Assembly: GCA_938008535.1 (NCBI GenBank)
Contig: CALLKF010000164.1
Coordinates: forward strand, 10,202-74,201
Length of the DNA: 64,000 bases
Direction: 5' to 3'
Source: an uncultured Saprospirales bacterium
Lineage (GTDB): Bacteria > Bacteroidota > Bacteroidia > Chitinophagales > JADIYW01
Of the stretch, positions 49,679-57,730 are shown one piece after another. The notes under the pieces are model-generated. The model did not search any database. It was not told where the DNA came from and worked only from the letters and a program-made list of their open reading frames with translations. Within the stretch, counting starts at the first letter, position 1, and every line of letters starts with the position of its first letter. Both the position numbers and the translations under genes were made by a program.

Positions 49679-50265
49679 TGAACGTTCTCTTTTTTAATTC
49701 ACAGCAAGAATTACGCAAGTGGTTTCAGAAAAATCATTTAATAGAACAAGAAGCATGGATAGGTTTTTATAATAAAAAATCAACCAAACAGTCAATTACT
49801 TGGACACAATTAGTAGATGAAGAATTATGTTTTGGTTGGATAGATGGTATTCGCAAAAAAATAGATGACGAAAGTTACTGCAATCGAATTACACCACGAA
49901 GAAAACGAAGCAACTGGAGCGATGTAAACATTAAACGAATTGAAGCTTTAATAGCATTGGATTTGGTGACGGAACAAGGCAAACATGTTTTTCACACGCG
50001 CGATTTAACCAAACAAAAATCTGCTTCTTTTGAGCAAGAGAAAATAGAATTTTCACAAGAACATATAAAGCAATTTAAAACCCAAAAAACCGCTTGGAAA
50101 TTTTTTGAAATGCAAACCAATACTTATAAAAGGCAAGCCACTTGGCATGTAATTAGTGCAAAACAAGAAATAACACAGCAAAAACGATTGGAAATATTGA
50201 TAAACGACAGTGAAACAGGCGTTCATATCAAACATTTGCGCAGAAACAAGCCAGAAAAGAATTAG
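49678..50265 (+). CDS. YdeI/OmpD-associated family protein
   Basis: ELRKWFQKNH...EAWIGFYNKKS...CFGWIDG pattern. Its start overlaps the upstream stop (TAATG). Confidence 0.55.
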   Translation: MNVLFFNSQQELRKWFQKNHLIEQEAWIGFYNKKSTKQSITWTQLVDEELCFGWIDGIRKKIDDESYCNRITPRRKRSNWSDVNIKRIEALIALDLVTEQGKHVFHTRDLTKQKSASFEQEKIEFSQEHIKQFKTQKTAWKFFEMQTNTYKRQATWHVISAKQEITQQKRLEILINDSETGVHIKHLRRNKPEKN

Positions 50266-50373
50266 AAAATTTTCATTTATCAGCTAATTTATAAGCTCAA
50301 AATTATCAATTATTCAACAAATATTAAAATTTATTGAATAATCTGTAATTTTTAATCAATTTTATTGAATTAT

Positions 50374-50404
50374 TTGCACATAAAGACGTGTTTTATTATC
50401 TTTG
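50374..50404 (+). promoter_or_regulatory. Bacteroidota-type promoter (-33 TTG, -7 TATCTTTG) driving the tRNA-like RNA
   Basis: TTG at 50374-76, a 20-nt spacer, TATCTTTG at 50397-404. The -7 octamer is identical to those upstream of tRNA-Lys and rpmH. Confidence 0.55.
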
Positions 50405-50476
50405 TTGTATCAAAGTAAGTTCTTTTAATAAGTAGTAAAATTCTTACGACTTATTATTCACGACTTACGACTATAT

Positions 50477-50631
50477 TGTAAGGTGATGAAACTGGCAGCC
50501 ATGCCCTCTTGTCTCGAGGGTGAGGATCACGAAATAAAGTTAGAGTAGAGCACTTCAATGTGCAGGGGTTGACCACCAACTTTTGCTCTTTTCCTAATCG
50601 CCTTTTGGAGGTTCGACTCCTTCTCTTACAG
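50477..50631 (+). ncRNA. Unclassified tRNA-like RNA (155 nt): tRNA acceptor, D loop, anticodon-like arm and T arm, with an 86-nt insert at the variable-loop position
   Basis: Hand fold. Acceptor TGTAAGG / TCTTACA (7 bp). U8. D stem ATG/CAT with GG at the 18/19 spacing. CCCTC-TTGTCTC-GAGGG arm at 50504-20. GGAGG-TTCGACT-CCTTC T arm at 50607-23. Discriminator G. Flanked by a promoter and a terminator. Confidence 0.55.
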
Positions 50632-50636
50632 CAACA

Positions 50637-50669
50637 AAATCCGAATCAGAAATGGTTCGGATTTTTTTA
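50637..50669 (+). terminator. Intrinsic terminator of the tRNA-like RNA
   Basis: Stem ATCCGAA / TTCGGAT with a 10-nt loop, followed by T7. Confidence 0.8.
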
Positions 50670-50888
50670 TTTTAATGATTTTCATAAATCTTAAATATAC
50701 ACAACTCATATTGCATTAGATTCGTCCTTATATCGCTTTTAGCAAAATTTCCTTTTCTGCTTTTATCAGTGTAATACTTGCTACAGTTTAGATAAACTTT
50801 CTTTGTGACGAAAGCTTGATGTTCCATTTTGGAATATCAAAGTTTTAATTTTTATTTGGGAAATGATTTTCATTTCTCTTATTGCTTT

Positions 50889-52670
50889 CTAACTATACAA
50901 CGCTTCCAATCCTAATTTTGTAATTCTGGATCTTATTGCACCAGTTGTTCTGCCAAACTGTTTTGCCAACTCTTTTATTTCTAAACCTTCACAGCATAAA
51001 TTTTCTAATTGTTTATCGAGTTCAGCTGTCCAAGGTTTATAAGCATCTTTATATTTATTTCTTTTTTCTTCTACAGAATAAGATTTCACTTTGTCAAATT
51101 CTTTGCTAACAACTTTTGTTTTTGTAATAAATGTATTTGCTGGTTTCTTTTCTTCTTCAACAGCAACTTTCAAAACATGTATCATTGAAGAAACAGGAAA
51201 CATCTTTGGCATTAAGGTTTCTGGAATAAAGATGTTATTTTTTGTTCTTGTTACAGCAACATACAGCATATTTATTTCTTCATTTATTTTTGTCGCACTG
51301 GTTTCTAATCCTTTTTTATCTAGTTTTAATTTCTCTAGTTTTTCTTCTGTTATAAAATCACCAACCAACTGAATAGTATCATATTCCATTCCTTTGCAGC
51401 GATGAACGGTAGAAAAAATCATCTCAGCTTTTTCTTTTTCATCCACATGTTTTTCTTTAATCGCTTTAATTATTTCTGGAATTTTGTTGCCATATTCTTT
51501 TATAATTTTAACCATAATAGCAAGCTGCACATCTTCTGTTTTCTCAATATAATCTACTAACTCACTCATATCATTCATTGCTTTTATGAGTTTATCTTTA
51601 ATCAAAAAATGCTTTGCGTTATATAGATTCAGCACATCGTATAATGATGCACCTTCATCTGCATACGTATAAGAATTTATATTGCCTTCAAAATAAATGG
51701 ATTTCACTTCTTTCTTCTTTGTTACATATTCAATGGCTTTGAGTAATAAACCAAGATTAGTTCGCGCAATTACTGCTTTTGTATTAGTCTCATTGCAAGT
51801 GCCTTTGCCAATTATTTGTATTGGTTGATGTTCGCCAATATGTACTTTGTATTTTAAAACAGACATCGCAAGGTTTGCAATATCATTACTAAATCTAAAA
51901 CTAGTAGAAAGATAATACGTTTTAAAATCGGCTTTTTCAAGCGAGTTCACTGCATAACGCCAACCATAAATTTGCTGATGCGTGTCGCCGACAATCACTT
52001 TTATGGCATTTTGTTTTAAGAAAATATCCAACATCGCAGCCGAACCATCTTGTCCTTCATCAAATAAAATATAATCATACTGAAGAATTGGATTGGAAAG
52101 TTGAAATTTTTTCAAATAAAAATCATGCGTTATTTCAATCTCTTCATTATCCATCATTTCCAAAAAAACACTTGCCTGTTTCTTAATGTAATTATAGACA
52201 GACGAAACAAATACTTTAGTCTTTGGTTCGGAAATAGTATCCAAATAATTTAAATCTTCAATTTTTTGTTTATCGCTATTAAAGAAATATGCGATGAACT
52301 TATTTATATGGTTTGCAATTACATATTCTGTATGTTTTTCGCCATTACCTTTTAAATTTAAAAGGTCTGCAATTTCGTTTGTTTTATAACCGTTGGCATT
52401 TATTGTATAATTAGATTTAAAAACAATATGCTTGTAAGCAAGTGAATGAGCCGTTTCAACCTGCACATTATGAAGTCCTTTTGCCGCAAATTTTTTAGCA
52501 GCTTCTATTTTCACTGTTTTATTAAAAGCAAGATATAATATTTTACTTTTTGCAGGTCTTGTTTTCGCATATTCAATTACAGTGGTCGTTTTTCCAGAAC
52601 CAGCAACAGCATTTATTTTTATATTTCCAGTCGAATTTATGATGTCGTGTTGCTCTTTGGTTAATTCCAT
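50889..52670 (-). CDS. Superfamily 1 UvrD/PcrA-like DNA helicase with a C-terminal helix-turn-helix
   Basis: Walker A AVAGSGKTT. Motif II LFDEGQD. Motif III VGDTHQQIYGWR. STSFRF. Motif V/VI STVHRCKGMEYD. The C-terminal 50 aa read PWTAELDKQL...IKELAKQFGRTTGAIRSRITKLGL (HTH-like). Confidence 0.8.
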   Translation of the reverse strand: MELTKEQHDIINSTGNIKINAVAGSGKTTTVIEYAKTRPAKSKILYLAFNKTVKIEAAKKFAAKGLHNVQVETAHSLAYKHIVFKSNYTINANGYKTNEIADLLNLKGNGEKHTEYVIANHINKFIAYFFNSDKQKIEDLNYLDTISEPKTKVFVSSVYNYIKKQASVFLEMMDNEEIEITHDFYLKKFQLSNPILQYDYILFDEGQDGSAAMLDIFLKQNAIKVIVGDTHQQIYGWRYAVNSLEKADFKTYYLSTSFRFSNDIANLAMSVLKYKVHIGEHQPIQIIGKGTCNETNTKAVIARTNLGLLLKAIEYVTKKKEVKSIYFEGNINSYTYADEGASLYDVLNLYNAKHFLIKDKLIKAMNDMSELVDYIEKTEDVQLAIMVKIIKEYGNKIPEIIKAIKEKHVDEKEKAEMIFSTVHRCKGMEYDTIQLVGDFITEEKLEKLKLDKKGLETSATKINEEINMLYVAVTRTKNNIFIPETLMPKMFPVSSMIHVLKVAVEEEKKPANTFITKTKVVSKEFDKVKSYSVEEKRNKYKDAYKPWTAELDKQLENLCCEGLEIKELAKQFGRTTGAIRSRITKLGLEALYS

Positions 52671-52943
52671 TTTTTAAATGTTTAATTAAATAGTTTCAGA
52701 TGTAAGAAAAATAAAAAAACAGCATTTGTGTAAATAAATTTATGCGTGCATTTTCTCTCTTTTACTATTGAGATACACAAACCACACAAATTCCATAAAT
52801 TTTTCTAAAAAAAATTAAAATTTAATATTGATAATAGATTTTATATTCTATTCCAAAAATAAATTCCATCATTTCCTTGCAAATTATCTTATGCTAATTT
52901 ATGTTTGGCAAAATGCATCTACATTTAATTAAAATAAAAAAAC

Positions 52944-53807
52944 ATGGTAGCAACTGCATCAAAATTAAAAGTGCGCAACGTTCAATTCAATTTCGATAAA
53001 GTACAGAAACACTGGATTCTTAATAGTGCCATTGCCACGCACTTTGTAAATAGCATGCATGTGGTTTTTCCTGAAGGCGAAAAGTTTTTTGTGCGTAGCG
53101 TGCGTAAATTTGCAAAAGATATTAAAGACGAAAATCTGAAAAAAGAAATAACTAGTTTCTGCGGACAAGAAGGTGTGCATGCGCGCGAGCACCAACGTTT
53201 TTGGCAAGTAATGGAAGAACAAAATCTGCAACCCAATTGGTTTGCGAACTTCTTGAAAACAACTGCTTTTTCCGGAAAATACAGCTATGAAAATATCAGC
53301 ACTTCGTTACTAAATAAAATACAACCTCGTTTAGGCGACAAGTTCGGACTATCAGTAACTACTGCATTGGAGCACTATACAGCCATTTTGGCAAATGCAT
53401 TATTTCACGAACCAATTGCCAATAACGATCATATTGCGCCGCAAATGTTGGAGTTGCTACATTGGCATGCTTCAGAAGAAATTAAACATAAAGCAGTTTG
53501 TTTTGATGTATTAAAAGAAGTAGATGATAGTTATATTTTGCGCATTTCTGGAATGGGTTTGGCGACCATTTTACTTTGGAATTATTTGGCAATCGGACAA
53601 ATTTATTTTATTGCAAAAGACAAAGATAAGAGCATTATTAAAATGCCTATTGAAAGTTACATGCTGCTAAAAACGATTGTTTTTGGTGAAATTGGAAAAG
53701 GATTATCCAAAAATTTATTGAGTTATTTTAAAAAAGATTTTCATCCAAATGATATCGACGATCGTTATTTAATTGATAATTTCTTTAAGGATAAAAGCTA
53801 TGCCTAA
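52944..53807 (+). CDS. Predicted metal-dependent hydrolase family protein (PF10118-like)
   Basis: FPEGEKFFVRSVR, QEGVHAREH and HWHASEEIKHKAV His/Glu-rich motifs. Confidence 0.55.
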   Translation: MVATASKLKVRNVQFNFDKVQKHWILNSAIATHFVNSMHVVFPEGEKFFVRSVRKFAKDIKDENLKKEITSFCGQEGVHAREHQRFWQVMEEQNLQPNWFANFLKTTAFSGKYSYENISTSLLNKIQPRLGDKFGLSVTTALEHYTAILANALFHEPIANNDHIAPQMLELLHWHASEEIKHKAVCFDVLKEVDDSYILRISGMGLATILLWNYLAIGQIYFIAKDKDKSIIKMPIESYMLLKTIVFGEIGKGLSKNLLSYFKKDFHPNDIDDRYLIDNFFKDKSYA

Positions 53808-53873
53808 TCCTGGTTTAGTAAATAAATCAAAACACTATTTGCAAATTGGAATAGTATTTGATATATTTATTCT

Positions 53874-54260
53874 ATGAAAAAGTTATTTTACTTTATTCTT
53901 GCGAGTGTATTGCTTTCAGCATGCACACAAGTTCCAATAGGCAATGGAAACAATAATCCATCGAACGGACAACGTATAAAAGCAAAAGTGATTCGTATTA
54001 CTTGCGCTACAACAGTTGTTCAAATCTTGGATAGTAATTTCTATAGTTTAGGTGAAACATGGACTGTAAACGGAACATCAACCACATACGAACATGTTGC
54101 CGTGGTTTCTAACAAATGCGAATTTCCAGCGAATTTAACAGAAGGAAGTGAATTTTACTTTAAACAAATCAACGAAGCAGACGCCAATAACGATTGTGCA
54201 GTTTGTATGATGTATGATTTTCCACCTAGCAAAGGTATATTTCTGAAAGTTGTTCAATAA
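53874..54260 (+). CDS. Hypothetical lipoprotein
   Basis: Lipobox LLSAC. No recognised domain. Confidence 0.4.
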   Translation: MKKLFYFILASVLLSACTQVPIGNGNNNPSNGQRIKAKVIRITCATTVVQILDSNFYSLGETWTVNGTSTTYEHVAVVSNKCEFPANLTEGSEFYFKQINEADANNDCAVCMMYDFPPSKGIFLKVVQ

Positions 54261-54275
54261 TTTAAAGCTTCTACT

Positions 54276-54629
54276 ATGCACCAAAAAAAAATTGTTGTTT
54301 CCATTTTAATAATTGTATCTGTTTTTGCGTTACAATCATTTAATGTAAAAAAAGATAAAGTACGCAATTTACAAGTTTTACCTAAAGATATTTCTGATGA
54401 TGATTTAGATAAAATAATGGACACCTATTGTGAATCACTAAATGTAAAATGCAATTTCTGTCACGTGAAAGGTGACATGGCTTCTGATGAAAAAGAAGAC
54501 AAAAAAATTACGCGTAAAATGATGGTGATGGCCAACGAAATCAACGAAAAATATTTTGGAAAAGATTCAGGAACTGTTGGTTGTATGACTTGTCACAACG
54601 GCAAGAAAAATCCATCAGACATGAAGTAA
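54276..54629 (+). CDS. Small exported dihaem c-type cytochrome
   Basis: Signal/anchor plus two CxxCH motifs (CNFCH, CMTCH). The layout resembles the reaction-centre cytochrome c subunit family. Confidence 0.6.
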   Translation: MHQKKIVVSILIIVSVFALQSFNVKKDKVRNLQVLPKDISDDDLDKIMDTYCESLNVKCNFCHVKGDMASDEKEDKKITRKMMVMANEINEKYFGKDSGTVGCMTCHNGKKNPSDMK

Positions 54630-54641
54630 ATACATAAAAAG

Positions 54642-54672
54642 AGAAGCCATCATAATAATTAAGATGGCTTCT
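54642..54672. terminator. Bidirectional hairpin terminator between convergent genes
   Basis: 10-bp stem AGAAGCCATC / GATGGCTTCT with an 11-nt loop. A-rich upstream and T-rich downstream. Confidence 0.7.
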
Positions 54673-54702
54673 TATTTTATATATGCGAAATACCAATAAA
54701 GT

Positions 54703-56520
54703 CTACCAGTTTACCGATTTCAAATCATTTAGAATTTTCGCTTCTTCAATAGAAATATTACCATCCAAATTAGCTACTTTTTCCATCTGAGCAATAATTT
54801 TTTCTTTCTTCTTAGGATTTTCAGGCATGCGAATCACAAGCTCTTTCTGTTTTGCCATATCTAATAAACCTTGTAATTTATCAGTGCTGTAATTCCATTT
54901 TTTGGCGATTGAATTGGCGTAATCCATTTCTTCTTTTGCAAAAACACCATCTGCTGCAATCGTTACCATCATGTTGTTAAATGCATAATCGCGCACATCA
55001 TACAATTCATCCAAATCATCTAGTTTTTTATTGTTTGCTAAAGTTGGTGCATCTGTTTTTTTCCAGGTTTCATACTCAGCAGCAGTCATCCATTCCGAAA
55101 TAATCCATTCAAATTCGGTACTATTTAATTGTGCAGTGCAATATGTACATTTGGTGTCAACCGTATCTTTTATTGGCGCACCGCAATTTGGACAACTGTG
55201 TGCATACAGCGAACCTTTAGGCATTTGTGCATTTATATTTCTACTTAAAATAAGAACTTCATTTTGAGAAGTAATCACATTTTCGAATGTTGGTTTGTCA
55301 GGATTTGCTATAAAGATGCGTTGCTGTGAACGTTTCAATGCCAATACAATATTGTCTTTATTATCTTTTTGAAAATAATCAAACGAAGTAACATGATTTA
55401 GATACAAACGGAAAAATAAATAGTTTGGTTCGGTTTTGATTTTACTTTCAATTTTTGCATACAAATTATCAGCAACAAAACGACGTGCTGTTTCTGGTTT
55501 TTTAAGCATAAATGCAGTCATCATTTGCATGTAACCATTGCTGGCTTTATCTTCTAAATTTTGTAACGAAAAGTCGTTTTTGTTTTTAATTTGCGATAAA
55601 ATTCGTTGCGCAAATTTTCCTTGTTTTTCAAATTTAGAATTAGAATTTAAGTAATCATCTGCTTGTGTAATTTCTGCTAAAACCCAATCGTAATCACCTA
55701 AATAAGTAATCGTAGAACAGTAAGGACAACGAGCCGTTTCGCCACCGTTTGCAGGTAATTGGCCTCCACAATTTGGACAATTATTGCTGTGATAAATGTC
55801 TTTTTCTTTAACACCAGATTTTTTAATAAACGACCAATATTCAGTTAAACTACTAGGTCCACCATCGTTGAGTTGCGTATATTTTCCGCTTTCAAAACCA
55901 TCATACATCGTGTATTGAATGCCAACATGCAAAATATCAAACACACCATCCGTTTCTACATCATCAATAAAAACGTTATGAATATTGATGTCAGAAATTT
56001 CGTTCGTTTGATCAATTTGCTTCATCATTAAAAACTGCGTATTAAAACGCTGATACATACCATCTGAAATCCACTTTCGCACAGAAGATAAATCTTGTAA
56101 CATCCAGGCATTTTGAATTTCTTTAAACGAAGTGCGTACTTTTTCTTTAAATAAACTGACGTTAAAATCAGTATTTTTTGAGACGAAACTTTGAGGTAAC
56201 GTTATATCTTTTTTTGATGCACTATAACTTGAAGTTGGAATGCTGTTTAAACCACTTGACGCTTGAGATGTTTTATAGAAATAATAAATCGCTGCAGCAA
56301 TAATTACCAAAACTATTACATTTATAGGAAATGGTAAACGCCAAATAATTTCAAATAAAATACGAATAATCCAAAATATAATTTCACCACCACCGCTTCC
56401 ACCGCCATCACCACCACCGCTTGAGCCACCACCACCACCGCCTGCAGCAGCAAAAATGTAAACTGTAAGTAGCGAAAATAAAAGAAAAGAAAAAAGTTTT
56501 TTCAAGTGTTGGTTTTTCAT
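54703..56520 (-). CDS. Membrane-anchored protein: Gly-rich segment, two Tim44-like domains each followed by a zinc ribbon, and a TerB-like C-terminal domain
   Basis: Signal/TM, then GGGGGGSSGGGDGGGSGGG, then a second TM. FKEIQNAWMLQDLSSVRKWISDGMYQRF is Tim44-like. Zinc ribbons CPNCGG..CPYC and CPNCGA..CTYC. The C-terminal IAADGVFAKEE...LDGNISIEE is TerB-like. Confidence 0.5.
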   Translation of the reverse strand: MKNQHLKKLFSFLLFSLLTVYIFAAAGGGGGGSSGGGDGGGSGGGEIIFWIIRILFEIIWRLPFPINVIVLVIIAAAIYYFYKTSQASSGLNSIPTSSYSASKKDITLPQSFVSKNTDFNVSLFKEKVRTSFKEIQNAWMLQDLSSVRKWISDGMYQRFNTQFLMMKQIDQTNEISDINIHNVFIDDVETDGVFDILHVGIQYTMYDGFESGKYTQLNDGGPSSLTEYWSFIKKSGVKEKDIYHSNNCPNCGGQLPANGGETARCPYCSTITYLGDYDWVLAEITQADDYLNSNSKFEKQGKFAQRILSQIKNKNDFSLQNLEDKASNGYMQMMTAFMLKKPETARRFVADNLYAKIESKIKTEPNYLFFRLYLNHVTSFDYFQKDNKDNIVLALKRSQQRIFIANPDKPTFENVITSQNEVLILSRNINAQMPKGSLYAHSCPNCGAPIKDTVDTKCTYCTAQLNSTEFEWIISEWMTAAEYETWKKTDAPTLANNKKLDDLDELYDVRDYAFNNMMVTIAADGVFAKEEMDYANSIAKKWNYSTDKLQGLLDMAKQKELVIRMPENPKKKEKIIAQMEKVANLDGNISIEEAKILNDLKSVNW

Positions 56521-56615
56521 CAGCTGGTTTTGTTGTATAAATATAAAAAATTAAAAATTAGTTCCATTGTTAAAAAACAGAAAATGGTTTAATAAATATC
56601 TAATAACTTTGCGCT

Positions 56616-57317
56616 ATGCAAAATGGCAAACTTTATTTAATTCCAATTGTGTTAGCAGAAAATGCAATACACACGATTCCAGCTTTCACTAAAGAAATTA
56701 TTGAGAATACAAATTTTTATATCGTAGAAAATTTAAAAACGGCAAGACGATTTATTAAATCTATTTATAAAGAAAAAAATATTGACGAATGTACTTTCTT
56801 AGAATTAGACAAACACAGTAATTACAAGTTTGATGAAAATTTTCTGAATGAAGTTTTTAATGGAAATAACATTGGTTTGATGAGTGAAGCAGGTACACCT
56901 TGCATTGCAGATCCAGGAAATAAGGTTGTTGAAGTGGCACATGAATTGGAAATTGAAGTGGTGCCGTTATCTGGACCAAGTTCTATTTTATTGGCGTTGA
57001 TGGCAAGCGGTTTCAACGGACAGCAGTTTACATTTAATGGTTATTTGCCAATTGAAGCGAGAGAGCGAAAAGATAAAATGCTACAAATGGAAAGTTATGC
57101 TAAAAAGTATAGCACACAAATTTTTATGGATACACCTTATCGAAATCAACGATTATTAGAAGATTTGATTCTGACCTTGAAATTTGATACGATGTTGTGT
57201 ATTGCATGCAATATCACGGCAAAAGATGAAATTATAAAAACGTTGCCGATGGCTGAATGGAAAAAAAGAAAGATCGATTTGAATAAAAAACCAGCAATCT
57301 TTATTTTAGGAAAATAA
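56616..57317 (+). CDS. Tetrapyrrole-methylase-fold SAM-dependent methyltransferase (RsmI-related)
   Basis: GKLYLIPIVL..., SEAGTPCIADPG and LSGPSS motifs of the RsmI-like family. Confidence 0.65.
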   Translation: MQNGKLYLIPIVLAENAIHTIPAFTKEIIENTNFYIVENLKTARRFIKSIYKEKNIDECTFLELDKHSNYKFDENFLNEVFNGNNIGLMSEAGTPCIADPGNKVVEVAHELEIEVVPLSGPSSILLALMASGFNGQQFTFNGYLPIEARERKDKMLQMESYAKKYSTQIFMDTPYRNQRLLEDLILTLKFDTMLCIACNITAKDEIIKTLPMAEWKKRKIDLNKKPAIFILGK

Positions 57318-57318
57318 A

Positions 57319-57645
57319 TTATAAACTAAAGCTTTCGCCGCAGCTGCAAGTTCTTGAAGCGTTTGGATTGTTGAAGTAAAAACCTTTTCCGTTCAAACCT
57401 TCTGAAAAATCTAATTCGGTACCTAATAAATATAAAATACTTTTTGGATCAACAACTAACTTGATACCTTTGTCTTCAAATACTTCGTCATTTTTAGTTA
57501 ATTCAGTATCAAATTTCATATCGTAACTTAAACCACTGCAACCACCACTGGTTACAGAAACACGCACGAAATGGTCTGGTGAAAGATGATCATCTTTCCA
57601 TATTTTTTCAACGCGCTCTTTTGCTTTCTCTGAGATGAATATCAT
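57319..57645 (-). CDS. Iron-sulfur cluster insertion protein (HesB/IscA/ErpA family)
   Basis: GGCSGLSY and the C-terminal CSCGESF motif. Confidence 0.88.
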   Translation of the reverse strand: MIFISEKAKERVEKIWKDDHLSPDHFVRVSVTSGGCSGLSYDMKFDTELTKNDEVFEDKGIKLVVDPKSILYLLGTELDFSEGLNGKGFYFNNPNASRTCSCGESFSL

Positions 57646-57730
57646 GGTTTAGTATTGAGTATTTAGTAATTCGTACAACGATTCGATATAATCGATAACA
57701 AAAATATTAAATGGAAAGTTCATTTTCGCA

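Noticed and set aside
50477-50631. Calling the tRNA-like RNA a tmRNA, SRP RNA, 6S RNA, tRNA-Sec or an intron-containing tRNA
   Set aside because: It is too short for tmRNA, with no G3-U70 and no ..LAA-stop tag frame. It has no SRP GNAR-tetraloop/AGCAGCC motif. Only 7 bp pair between the ends, so there is no 6S-like rod. The TTCAAT hairpin (50550-63) has a 6-nt loop and the wrong context for a UCA anticodon arm. The extra 86 nt sit after an intact anticodon-like arm rather than in the anticodon loop, and are too short for a group I intron. It is left unclassified.
56390-56450. Local GC-rich patch as a foreign insertion
   Set aside because: It is fully explained by consecutive Gly (GGN) codons of the Gly-rich linker in the 605-aa protein. 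The flanking codon usage is unchanged.
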